Part shown: positions 1 to 8,363 of the stretch, one piece after another
How the letters are laid out: each line of letters opens with the position of its first letter
Numbering within the stretch: the stretch's first letter is position 1
Source: an uncultured Verrucomicrobiota bacterium
GTDB lineage: Bacteria > Verrucomicrobiota > Kiritimatiellia > CAIQIC01 > Lenti-01
Assembly: GCA_937860055.1 (NCBI GenBank)
Contig: CALMBO010000009.1
Coordinates: forward strand, 54,414-86,413
DNA length: 32,000 bases
Direction: 5' to 3'
Translations under genes and position numbers: made by a program
The notes under the pieces: generated by a model
The model's input: only the letters and a program-made list of their open reading frames with translations
Told to the model about the DNA's origin: nothing
The model's database searches: none

Positions 1-2
1 CG

Positions 3-143
3 CCGGACGGCCTGCCGGCGGGCCTGCACGTGGTCGGCCCGGCGTTCCGGGAGGAACTGGCGCTGCGGATCGGCGCGGCGTACCAGCATGCGACGGAGTG
101 GCACCGGAAAAAGCCGGCGGATCCGAAAGGGGGCCGGCCATGA
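3..143 (+). CDS. gatA: Asp-tRNA(Asn)/Glu-tRNA(Gln) amidotransferase subunit A, C-terminal fragment (5' end lies outside the window)
   Basis: Frame 3 translates as PDGLPAGLHVVGPAFREELALRIGAAYQHATEWHRKKPADPKGGRP*, a typical GatA C-terminus. Its stop overlaps the gatB start (ATGA). Confidence 0.85.
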   Translation, partial: PDGLPAGLHVVGPAFREELALRIGAAYQHATEWHRKKPADPKGGRP

Positions 144-1567
144 GCGACTACATTCCCTCCATCGGGCTGGAAGTGCACGTGCAGCTGAAAACGCGCACGA
201 AGATGTTCTGCGCGTGTCCGGCCCACGAGGAAGGCGAGCCGAACACGACTGTCTGCCCGGTGTGCATCGGACTGCCGGGGGCGCTGCCGGTGATGAACCG
301 CGAGGCCATCCGCAAGACCGTCAAGGTGGGCCTGATGATCGGATCGCGGATTTCGCTGCGGAGCATGTTCGACCGGAAGAACTATTTCTATCCGGACATG
401 CCCAAGAACTACCAGATCACCCAGCAGGCGGCGCCGCTGTGCATCGGCGGAGCCGTGGAGATCGAGGCCGGCGGGCAGAGGAAGACCATCCGCGTGAACC
501 ACATCCACCAGGAGGAGGATGCGGCCAAAATCACGCACATGGAAACCACCTCGGAGATCGATTTCAACCGCGCCAGCACGCCGCTGATGGAGCTGGTGAC
601 GGAGCCGGACATGTCGAGTCCGGACGAGGCCATTGCGTTCCTGACGGCGCTGAAGGAGATGCTGATCTACGCGGGCATCAGCGACTGCAACCTGGAGCTG
701 GGGCATATGCGCTGCGATGTGAACTCGTCGGTGCGGCCGTCGGGGACGGACAAGCTCGGCGTGAAGTGCGAAATCAAGAACATGAACACCTTCAAGGGGA
801 TCCACCGCGCGCTGGAATACGAGCTGGAGCGGCAGGCGGAGACTCTGCGCAAGGGCGGCACGCTGGTGCAGGAAACGCGGCGCTGGGACGACGAGGCCGG
901 GATCACCCTGCCGATGCGATCAAAGGAATATGCGCACGACTACCGCTATTTCCCGGAGCCGGACCTGCCGCCGGTGGTGCTGGACGCGGCGACGGTGGAG
1001 GCGTGGCGCGCGGAGCTGCCGGAGCTGCCGGCGGTCCGGCGCGCGCGGTTCGTGAAGGACTACGGCCTGCCGGAATACGATGCGGGCGTGCTGACGGCGG
1101 ACAAGGCGATATCCGAATACTTCGAGGCGGCGGCGAAGAAGTCGAAGAACTTCAAGGCCGTGTCGAACTGGGTGATGGGCGAACTGCTGCGGGCGCTGGG
1201 CGAGAAGGGGCAGGGCATCGCGGACGCGAAGATTTCCCCGGAAGCGCTGGCGGCGCTGGTCGCGCTGGTGGACGCCAGGACGATCAACATGCCGGCGGCG
1301 AAGGATGTGTTCCAGGTTCTGTTCGAGAACGGCGGGGATCCGGCGGCCATCGTGAAGGAAAAGGGCCTGGCGCAGGTCAGCGATGCGGGGGCCATCGACG
1401 GTTTCGCGGAGCAGGCGATCGCGGCGAACGAGAAGGTCGCGGCGGAATACCGTGGCGGCAAGGAGGCGGCGCTGATGTTCCTGGTGGGGCAGGTGATGAA
1501 GCTCTCGCGCGGAAAGGCCAATCCACAGCTGGCGGCGGACGCGCTCCGCCGGAAGCTGGGAAAATAG
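140..1567 (+). CDS. gatB: Asp-tRNA(Asn)/Glu-tRNA(Gln) amidotransferase subunit B
   Basis: MSDYIPSIGLEVHVQLKTRTKMFCACP..., FDRKNYFYPDMPKNYQITQ, MELVTEPDM, RCDVNSSVRP, KCEIKNMNTFK are GatB signatures. The start is reassigned to the ATG at 140, which overlaps the gatA stop. Confidence 0.97.
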   Translation: MSDYIPSIGLEVHVQLKTRTKMFCACPAHEEGEPNTTVCPVCIGLPGALPVMNREAIRKTVKVGLMIGSRISLRSMFDRKNYFYPDMPKNYQITQQAAPLCIGGAVEIEAGGQRKTIRVNHIHQEEDAAKITHMETTSEIDFNRASTPLMELVTEPDMSSPDEAIAFLTALKEMLIYAGISDCNLELGHMRCDVNSSVRPSGTDKLGVKCEIKNMNTFKGIHRALEYELERQAETLRKGGTLVQETRRWDDEAGITLPMRSKEYAHDYRYFPEPDLPPVVLDAATVEAWRAELPELPAVRRARFVKDYGLPEYDAGVLTADKAISEYFEAAAKKSKNFKAVSNWVMGELLRALGEKGQGIADAKISPEALAALVALVDARTINMPAAKDVFQVLFENGGDPAAIVKEKGLAQVSDAGAIDGFAEQAIAANEKVAAEYRGGKEAALMFLVGQVMKLSRGKANPQLAADALRRKLGK

Positions 1568-1601
1568 GAGAAGCGCCCCCGGGGGGCCGGCAAGTCCCCT
1601 T

Positions 1602-1642
1602 CCCCGCAGAAGCGAAGGCGGCGCCCTTCGCTTCCGGCGGGG
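1602..1642 (+). terminator. Strong hairpin downstream of gatB (terminator-like or structural; no clear U-tract)
   Basis: CCCCGC-a-GAAGCGAAGG [cggcgc] CCTTCGCTTC-cg-GCGGGG: a 10-bp perfect inner stem plus a 6-bp outer stem. Confidence 0.5.
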
Positions 1643-1663
1643 AGCCCGGTCATCCGGTTCGTC

Positions 1664-1692
1664 TTGAGTTTGCGCGCAAAACATGGGATATT
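1664..1692 (+). promoter_or_regulatory. Candidate sigma70-type promoter for the GNAT gene
   Basis: TTGAGT - 17 nt - GATATT, with the -10 ending 7 nt before the ATG at 1700. Confidence 0.35.
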
Positions 1693-1699
1693 TCCGCAA

Positions 1700-2221
1700 A
1701 TGAATCCTCCCCATGCCATTCCGGCGACCGAGTCCTTCAAAACGGTACGGGTCGCCTCGCGTGAAGAGGCGGAGGAAGTGTCGGCGTTCCTGCTGCAGCC
1801 GGGCTTGTTCGGCACGCCCCTGACCCCCGGCGAGCAGGAGGAATTCAAGACCCATCCGGCCACGGCCGTCGGCTGCGCGGATGACGCCTACTGGTTGGTG
1901 CGGGATGGCCAAGGCGCGGTCTGCGCCGTGATCGGGGTCCGCATGAACGTGGAGAAAACCGGCATCTTCGAGGTCAGCGCGTTGGCGATCCATTCCTCCC
2001 GCCGCCGCCGGGGACTGGGCCGCCGCCTGCTCGAACTGGCATTGCGTTTCGTGGCCGAGGCCCATGGCCGCGGGCTGCTCTTCGAGACCTCCTCGGATCC
2101 CTCCTACGCGCCCATGCACAGCCTGCTGCATGCACTCGGGTTCAGGCAGGTCGGCCGGTTCCCCGATTTCTACTATCCGGGCGAAGACACACTCTGGTAT
2201 TATCGGGCGATAGAACGTTGA
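1700..2221 (+). CDS. GNAT family N-acetyltransferase
   Basis: Motif VCAVIGVRMNVEKTGIFEVSALAIHSSRRRRGLGRRLLELALRFVAEAHGRGLLFETSSDP...LHALGFRQVGRFPDFYYPGEDTLWYYR matches the GNAT acetyl-CoA binding motif. ATG at 1700 is preferred over the TTG at 1664. Confidence 0.85.
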   Translation: MNPPHAIPATESFKTVRVASREEAEEVSAFLLQPGLFGTPLTPGEQEEFKTHPATAVGCADDAYWLVRDGQGAVCAVIGVRMNVEKTGIFEVSALAIHSSRRRRGLGRRLLELALRFVAEAHGRGLLFETSSDPSYAPMHSLLHALGFRQVGRFPDFYYPGEDTLWYYRAIER

Positions 2222-2238
2222 CTCAACCGGGATATCCG

Positions 2239-5205
2239 ATGGATCGACCACGTTTCACGCTTCCCGTCCTTTTTGCCTTGGTCCTCCTGCTGGGGGGGGG
2301 ATTGTTCGTCCTGCGCGATCGCATTCCCGAAGCCTTTTCGCTGTCCAATTCGGTTCCGTTCGAGAAATTGTCCAAGGCGGCCCGTTGCGCCGACGGGTCC
2401 TTCGCCGTCGTGTTCGATTCCAACAAGCGCATCGCACGGGTGGGGGCCGATGGTTCCCTGATCTATCTCATTCCGGCCCGCAATGCCCCGGAAAAGGGGT
2501 TTTTCTTTGCCAACGAGATCGCGTTCGACCCCGGCGGCCACCTGTATGTGGCGAGCACGTATCTCGACACCGGCACGCTGGCGGTCAACCGCGAGGCGAT
2601 CGTGCGCTTTTCCCCGGAGGGCCGCTGGGAAGGCGTCCTCTACTCGCTCGAACACGACCCCGACCAGTATGTCGACAACATCGGACTGATCCGTTCCCTC
2701 CAGTGGACTCCCGACGGCCTGCGCTTCTGCCTTGCGCGCGAAGAAGGGATCCACAGCCTGCGGGTCGATCCCGCCGACGGGACGAAGGTCGACGAAACCA
2801 TCACGCCGTTCCCTGAGGGGGCGGCCAGCGTGATCTACGCCACGATTTCCGCAGACGGCCGCGAACTGGCGTATTCCACCGGCGCCACGGAGATCTACAC
2901 GGCGGTTCCCGGCCAGACCCCCTCCAAGCGCTATGACGGGCGCGCGCTACCCGACGAGGTGTACTCGATTCCTTCGGATCTCCATTACCAGGACGGCGAA
3001 CTGTATTTTTCCGATCTGGGCCGCGACGCCATCATGCGGCTGGCGGGGGAAAACGCCGCCGAGCCCCTGTTCGACCGGGCCATCGCCCTTGCGCATGGCT
3101 ACGAAGATGCCTTTTTCGAATGCAAGGGGTTCCAGCTGGAACCCGACCACCTGACCCTGCCCAACAACGGCAAGGTGGTCTATTTCCCGACCGGAGGATC
3201 CGCCGCCATCCGCACCTTCGACCGTGCCCGGGGCACGGCCGCGCTCTGGGGCCGTCGCGCCGCCCTCTGGTCGCAAATGGGATTGTTCGCGCTCCTGTCG
3301 GTCGCGCTGGTTTCGCTGGCGATCCGCCATGCCTCGCCCGACCGGCGGCGTCTGGCGAAGCAGGTCGCGCTGGTGGCCATGATGCTGGGCACGGCGGTGG
3401 GCATCACGACCTACATGATCTTCAACAACATGAACCGGCGGCTGGCGGAGGAGGCCCGGAACAACCTGCGGGGATATCTGGCGGTCGGACAGCTGGTGGT
3501 GGATGCCGAGGCCGTGGACCGGATCCAGCATGTGAAGCACTACATGAACGAGGATTACCAGGCCGTGCTGCGGCAGCTGCGGCAGACGATCACCCGGGAG
3601 GGCGAAATCGCCTCGGGCACCTATTCGGGCGTCTACAAGATCTTCGGCGACAAGCTTTCGGCGCTGGCATACCACGACGGCCTGCGGGGCATCTTCTATC
3701 CGTACGATTACCAGTACGGCCAATCCATCTACGCGCAGGTGGCCCAGACCGGCCAGCCGTACGTTGGCGAAGTCGTGGACATCTATGGAGTCTGGCTCAA
3801 CGGCGTGATTCCGCTGGTGAGCACGAACGGCGCCACCGTCGGCCTGCTCGAAGTGGGCGTGGATCAATCCGCCCAGCGCGAAGCCAACCGCGAGCTGTTC
3901 AAGAGCACGCTGATCGATCTGGCCATGGTCCTGTTCGTGCTGCTGTTCATCTTCTTCGAAATCGGGTTCTTCAGTTCCCATGTGCTGGACCAGGCCGGAC
4001 CGGATGACGAGAGGGCCGGGCAGCGCTACGACGAAGGGGCGTTGCGGTTCGTTTCATTCCTGGCCATCACCGGTGTTTTCCTTTCCGCCTCCTTCCTGCC
4101 GTTGTACATCAAATCGCTGGCCCCGGCTGTCGGCCGCGTCCCCGACCTGATCATCGGCCTGCCGATGGTGGTTGAAACGCTCTGCGGGGCGCTGATCGCG
4201 CTGCTCTATGGCCATGTCCGGATCCGCATGGGCATCAAGACGGATGTCGTGCTGGCCTGCCTGGTGATCATGGCGGGGATGGTGGCCACGGGGCTGGCCA
4301 CGACGTTCGACCGCCTGGTCGTCGGCCGGGTGCTGGTGGGCATGGGCATGGGCCTCCTGATGATCGCGTTCCGGACCTATTTCCTGATCGAGAAAAACGA
4401 AACCCGGAAGGAATCGGGCATCATCGCGCTGACCGCCGGAGTGGTGGCGGGCATCAATACCGGATCGGTTTCCGGCGGCATGCTGGCCGACCGGGTCGGC
4501 ATGAAGCCGGTGTTCCTGATCCAGGCGGCGCTGCTGGTGCTGGCGGCGGCGGCCGCACTGGTGCTGGTCCGCAACCGCCGGCGCGGGAAGCCGGCCGTCG
4601 CGGCCGCCGTCGCCCTTTCGCCGTGGACATTCCTGCGCGACCGCGCGGTCTGGAGCTTTTTCGTCTTTGTCTTCCTGCCGGTCACAGCCTGCGGCCTTTT
4701 CCTGGGATTCCTCTTCCCGCTGTTTGCCGAAGCGCAGGGCCACACGATCAACGAGATCAGCCTGGCCTTCATGCTGTTCGGCGCCGCCAGCGTCTATCTG
4801 GGGCCGTCCCTGACGCGCCTGACCACGGTCCTGTTCGGGGCGCGGCGCGCCATGCCCGTCGGGGCGCTGGTCATGACCGGCGCGCTGCTGCTGTTCGCCT
4901 ATTTCCAGACCCTCGCGGCCGCCTACGCCACCATCATCCTCTTTGGCCTGACGGAAAGCCTGCTCTTCAACCAGGGGATGTCCTACTATTCCTCGCTGCC
5001 GGGAGTCCGCCGCTTCGGGGAAGACAAGGCGATGGGGGTCTACAATGTCTTCGAATCCGGCGGGGAGGCGCTGGGGCCGATGGCCTTCGGGCTGGCCGCG
5101 AGCATGAGCCTGGGCGCCGGCATCGCCGCCATCGCCGCCGTGCTCGGCGCCTGCGCCGTGATCTTCTGGGCGATGGGCCCGCGGCCGGGAGGGGGGCGTC
5201 CATGA
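2239..5205 (+). CDS. Multidomain membrane protein: N-terminal TM + beta-propeller/SMP-30-like domain + TM pair + extracytoplasmic Cache-like sensor + C-terminal MFS transporter
   Basis: Hydrophobic N-terminus, repeated propeller-like strands (GFFFANEIAFDPGGHLYVAS, SLQWTPDGLRFCLA, DLHYQDGELYFSDLGRDAIMRL), TM segments, a ~140-residue sensor-like region, then a 12-TM MFS-like half with GMLADRVGMKPVFLIQAALLVL and GLTESLLFNQGMSYYSSLPGVRR. The ATG at 2239 is more plausible than the TTG at 2218. Confidence 0.75.
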   Translation: MDRPRFTLPVLFALVLLLGGGLFVLRDRIPEAFSLSNSVPFEKLSKAARCADGSFAVVFDSNKRIARVGADGSLIYLIPARNAPEKGFFFANEIAFDPGGHLYVASTYLDTGTLAVNREAIVRFSPEGRWEGVLYSLEHDPDQYVDNIGLIRSLQWTPDGLRFCLAREEGIHSLRVDPADGTKVDETITPFPEGAASVIYATISADGRELAYSTGATEIYTAVPGQTPSKRYDGRALPDEVYSIPSDLHYQDGELYFSDLGRDAIMRLAGENAAEPLFDRAIALAHGYEDAFFECKGFQLEPDHLTLPNNGKVVYFPTGGSAAIRTFDRARGTAALWGRRAALWSQMGLFALLSVALVSLAIRHASPDRRRLAKQVALVAMMLGTAVGITTYMIFNNMNRRLAEEARNNLRGYLAVGQLVVDAEAVDRIQHVKHYMNEDYQAVLRQLRQTITREGEIASGTYSGVYKIFGDKLSALAYHDGLRGIFYPYDYQYGQSIYAQVAQTGQPYVGEVVDIYGVWLNGVIPLVSTNGATVGLLEVGVDQSAQREANRELFKSTLIDLAMVLFVLLFIFFEIGFFSSHVLDQAGPDDERAGQRYDEGALRFVSFLAITGVFLSASFLPLYIKSLAPAVGRVPDLIIGLPMVVETLCGALIALLYGHVRIRMGIKTDVVLACLVIMAGMVATGLATTFDRLVVGRVLVGMGMGLLMIAFRTYFLIEKNETRKESGIIALTAGVVAGINTGSVSGGMLADRVGMKPVFLIQAALLVLAAAAALVLVRNRRRGKPAVAAAVALSPWTFLRDRAVWSFFVFVFLPVTACGLFLGFLFPLFAEAQGHTINEISLAFMLFGAASVYLGPSLTRLTTVLFGARRAMPVGALVMTGALLLFAYFQTLAAAYATIILFGLTESLLFNQGMSYYSSLPGVRRFGEDKAMGVYNVFESGGEALGPMAFGLAASMSLGAGIAAIAAVLGACAVIFWAMGPRPGGGRP

Positions 5206-6812
5206 GAGGGGTTGGCTGGTACCGCAGGCAGACGGTCCGGTGGAAGATCTTCATTCCGTTCTTCGCCATCACCCTTCTGTCGTCCACGCTGTTCACCGTC
5301 TACGGCTTCATCCAGAACAACCGGGCCATCGTCAACGAGATCGACAAGCGCCTGCTCATTGCCGCGTTGACGATGCCGCAGCTGCTGCCGGCGGATTATT
5401 TCGACCGGGTGCAGGCGCCGGACAGCATCCCGGAGGAGGAGCACTGGGCCCACACGCGGAGGCTGGAGCTCTTTCTCCGCAACGTCGGCGGCACGTACCT
5501 CTACGCGCTGCACAACGTGAGCAACCGGTACTACTTCGTTGCGTCCGCCGCCCTGGACACGCCGTATTGGACGGAATACGAGAAGCCGGCGCCGAACATC
5601 TACGAGGTCCAGAAGACGTGGCAGCCGCACATTTCGACCACGCCCGATCCGGACTACGGGCTGCTCCGTTCCGTCGTGATCGGGTACAAGGATTCGGCGG
5701 GCCGCCGCTTCATCATCGGGGCCGACATCCATGCCTACGAGGTGGCCGCGCTCAAGCGACGCGCGTTCCTGAACTTCTTCATGATGGGCGCGGCCAGTTT
5801 CTTCCTGGCGGTCCTGTTCAGCTATGTCGCCAGCACGGCCATCACGCAGCCGCTGTCCCGCCTCTCGAACTTCACCCGCCGCCTGGTGGAAGGCGGTTTT
5901 TCCGCCGCCATCCGGGTGGATCCCACCCTGTTTCCGGACGGGAACCAGACCGGTTCCGAAACCGCGATCCTGGCCTACGACTTCGACCAGATGCAGACGA
6001 ACCTCGCCGCGCATATCGAGCAGCTGAAGCTCACGCAATCCGCGCGGGAACGCGCGGAGAGCGAGCTGCGGATCGCCGGCCAGATCCAGGCGACCTTCCT
6101 TCCGGGCGCGTTCGACCCGTCCCTCTTCGGCGGGCGTGTGCAGATGCAGGCCGCCATGAAGACGGCCAAGCAGGCGGGCGGCGACTTGTACGACTACTTC
6201 GCGCTCGACGAGTCGCACCTGTTTTTCGCCATCGGGGATGTTTCGGGAAAGGGCATGCCGTCCGCCATGTTCATGTCGGCCGTGGTGGTGCTGCTCCGTT
6301 CCGCCGCCAAGCAGCTGCGCGATCCCGCGGAGATCCTGCGGCGGGTGAACGACGATCTGGCGATCCGCAACGAGAGCTGCACCTTCGTGACCCTCTTCAT
6401 CGGGATCCTCGACACCCTCACCGGCGAGGTGGTGCTGGCCAACGGCGGTCACAACCCGCCCCGCCGCCTGGGCGCCGACGGCGCGGTTTCCGGCGTGCCC
6501 GTGAAGACCAACATCGTCGTGGGGGCCGTGGACGGGGCGACATTCGCCCGCGAGACGCTGCTTTTGCGGCCTGGCGAGACGCTGTTCCTCTACACGGACG
6601 GCGTGACCGAGGCGATCGACGAAGGCGGAAAGCTCTATGGGGAGGAGCGCATGGATCGCCGGCTCTCCGCGTTGCCGGCGAAGGGGGGCGTTCCGGAGGT
6701 CATTCAGGGGGTTTCCGACGATGTCGCCGCCTTCAGCGGTTCGCGGGACCAGTCCGATGACATTACCCTGCTGGCGTTGCGGTACGAGCCCCGCGGGGCG
6801 AAAACTTCTTGA
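5202..6812 (+). CDS. Membrane sensor-HAMP-PP2C/SpoIIE family serine phosphatase (RsbU-like)
   Basis: N-terminal TM, extracytoplasmic region, TM + HAMP (TAITQPLSRLSNFTRRLVEGGF), then SpoIIE/PP2C motifs AGDLYDYFALDE, AIGDVSGKGMPSAMFMS, NGGHNPP, LYTDGVTEA, DDITLLALRY. The ATG overlaps the upstream stop (ATGA); the ORF track extends it upstream spuriously. Confidence 0.93.
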   Translation: MRGVGWYRRQTVRWKIFIPFFAITLLSSTLFTVYGFIQNNRAIVNEIDKRLLIAALTMPQLLPADYFDRVQAPDSIPEEEHWAHTRRLELFLRNVGGTYLYALHNVSNRYYFVASAALDTPYWTEYEKPAPNIYEVQKTWQPHISTTPDPDYGLLRSVVIGYKDSAGRRFIIGADIHAYEVAALKRRAFLNFFMMGAASFFLAVLFSYVASTAITQPLSRLSNFTRRLVEGGFSAAIRVDPTLFPDGNQTGSETAILAYDFDQMQTNLAAHIEQLKLTQSARERAESELRIAGQIQATFLPGAFDPSLFGGRVQMQAAMKTAKQAGGDLYDYFALDESHLFFAIGDVSGKGMPSAMFMSAVVVLLRSAAKQLRDPAEILRRVNDDLAIRNESCTFVTLFIGILDTLTGEVVLANGGHNPPRRLGADGAVSGVPVKTNIVVGAVDGATFARETLLLRPGETLFLYTDGVTEAIDEGGKLYGEERMDRRLSALPAKGGVPEVIQGVSDDVAAFSGSRDQSDDITLLALRYEPRGAKTS

Positions 6813-6883
6813 TTGGGCGGGCAAGGATGCGACAGGATGATTTTATATGACGAGGTCAAGGATCGTCGGGAAGGTGGTGCGGC

Positions 6884-7219
6884 ATGGTGATCTCCATTGA
6901 GAAGCAGGGTGAAACGGCGATCGTGGCGGCGGGCGGGCGGCTGGATGCCGTGGGGGCGCCGGAGCTTGAAGCGCGCGGAAAGGCGTCGATCCAGGAAGGA
7001 TCGAAGCGGCTGCTGCTGGATCTGGCCAAGGTGGAATACATCAGCAGCGCCGGCTTGAGGAGCCTCCTGGTCCTGGCCAAGACGGTGAAGGCGGCCGGGG
7101 GGGGGATGGCCCTGTGCAGCCTCACCCCGGCTGTCCGCGAAGTGATGACCATGTCCGGCTTCGACAACATCTTGTCGCTGGCGGCGGACCGTTCCGCCGC
7201 GATGGGGCTTTTGAAATAG
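6884..7219 (+). CDS. STAS-domain anti-anti-sigma factor (SpoIIAA/RsbV-like)
   Basis: MVISIEKQGETAIVAAGGRLDAVGAPELE...LLLDLAKVEYISSAGLRSLLVLAKTVKAAGGGMALCSLTPAVREVMTMSGFDNI; the ISSAGLR motif contains the regulatory Ser. Confidence 0.93.
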   Translation: MVISIEKQGETAIVAAGGRLDAVGAPELEARGKASIQEGSKRLLLDLAKVEYISSAGLRSLLVLAKTVKAAGGGMALCSLTPAVREVMTMSGFDNILSLAADRSAAMGLLK

Positions 7220-7238
7220 GCCCCGGGTTTCCGCGCCC

Positions 7239-7646
7239 ATGATGGAATTCTCCATGGTCAATACCGTTGCCGACCAGCAGCGGGTGATGGACGAGGTGGA
7301 AGCCCTCCTGTCGGCCCGTTCGGTTTCCGCCCGGCGGAAATCCGCGGTCCGCCTCGCCCTGGACGAGCTGTTGTCCAACGTCATCCAGTACGCCTATGAC
7401 GACGGCGGCGTCCACCGGATCGGGGTGAAGATCGATCCGGGAATCCCGTTCGTCCTGGCCATCGAAGACGACGGGCGGCCGTTCGATCCCTTGTCGGATG
7501 CGCCGGCGCCGGTCCTCGAAGGCCCGGTGGAGGATCGGCCCGTCGGCGGGCTGGGGCTGCACCTTCTCCGCTCGATGGGCATGGAGATGGACTACCGGCG
7601 CGAGAAGGGCCGCAACATCCTGCGCGTGGTTTTTCCCGGGGAATAG
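7239..7646 (+). CDS. Anti-sigma regulatory factor / serine kinase, HATPase (RsbW/SpoIIAB-like)
   Basis: VRLALDELLSNVIQYAYDDGGVH...LAIEDDGRPFDPLS...GGLGLHLLRSMGMEMDYRREKGRNILRVVF matches the N- and G-boxes of HATPase_c_2. Confidence 0.92.
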   Translation: MMEFSMVNTVADQQRVMDEVEALLSARSVSARRKSAVRLALDELLSNVIQYAYDDGGVHRIGVKIDPGIPFVLAIEDDGRPFDPLSDAPAPVLEGPVEDRPVGGLGLHLLRSMGMEMDYRREKGRNILRVVFPGE

Positions 7647-7655
7647 GGGGCGGCC

Positions 7656-8357
7656 TTGTCTTCCATGCTGTACATGAGCAGTCCGATCAACGCCCTGCTG
7701 GAGGGGTTCTATCGCGACGACATCACGATCGACACCCTGAGGGAGAAAGGCGACTTCGGCATCGGCACGTTCAACAACCTCGACGGCGAGATGATCGCCC
7801 TTGGCGGCCGGTTCTTCCAGCTCGACCTCGATGGCAACGCCCGTCCGGCGGAAGGCGGCATGAAGACGCCCTTTTCCACCGTCTGCCATTTCCAGCCGGT
7901 GTTGTCGGAGGAAATCGCCATGCCGCTGTCGCACGAGGCCTTCACGGAGCGGCTGAAGGGCATCCTGCCGTCGGACAACATGTTCTATGCCCTCCACATG
8001 GAGGGGCGGTTCCGGGCGGTCAAGACGCGATCCGTGCCGCGGACGGAGAACTACCGGCCGCTTTCCGAGGCGACGGAACGCCAGAAGATCCGCCAGTTCC
8101 AGGATGTCGAGGGGCATCTGGTGGGATTCTACACGCCGTCGTTCGTTCCCTCGGTCAACGTGCCGGGATACCACTTTCATTTCATCGACAAGACCTTTTC
8201 GGCGGGCGGCCATCTGCTGAGTTGCGAGCCGGGGCATCTGGACATCCGGTTGCAGATCTTCTTCAGCATGGAGCTGACGCTTCCCAAGACGCTCGACTAC
8301 CTGACGGCTTCCTTCACGCGCGACGCGAAGAAGGACCTGGAAAAAGCCGAGAAATGA
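7656..8357 (+). CDS. budA: Alpha-acetolactate decarboxylase
   Basis: LYMSSPINALLEGFYRDDITIDTLREKGDFGIGTFNNLDGEMIALGGRFFQLDLDGNARPA...TPFSTVCHFQP...VPGYHFHFIDKTFSAGGHLLSCEPG; typical family motifs with metal-binding His. An alternative start is the ATG at 7665. Confidence 0.93.
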   Translation: MSSMLYMSSPINALLEGFYRDDITIDTLREKGDFGIGTFNNLDGEMIALGGRFFQLDLDGNARPAEGGMKTPFSTVCHFQPVLSEEIAMPLSHEAFTERLKGILPSDNMFYALHMEGRFRAVKTRSVPRTENYRPLSEATERQKIRQFQDVEGHLVGFYTPSFVPSVNVPGYHFHFIDKTFSAGGHLLSCEPGHLDIRLQIFFSMELTLPKTLDYLTASFTRDAKKDLEKAEK

Positions 8358-8363
8358 TCCGGC

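Noticed and set aside
88-1764. 558-aa plus-strand ORF overlapping gatB in another frame
   Set aside because: GatB is unambiguous in its own frame; the alternative frame is compositionally an out-of-frame shadow (Gly/Arg/Ala-rich).
4623-5201. N-terminal extension of the SpoIIE phosphatase ORF
   Set aside because: Overlaps the MFS coding region out of frame. The ATG at 5202 with a stop-start overlap and an immediate TM segment is a better start.
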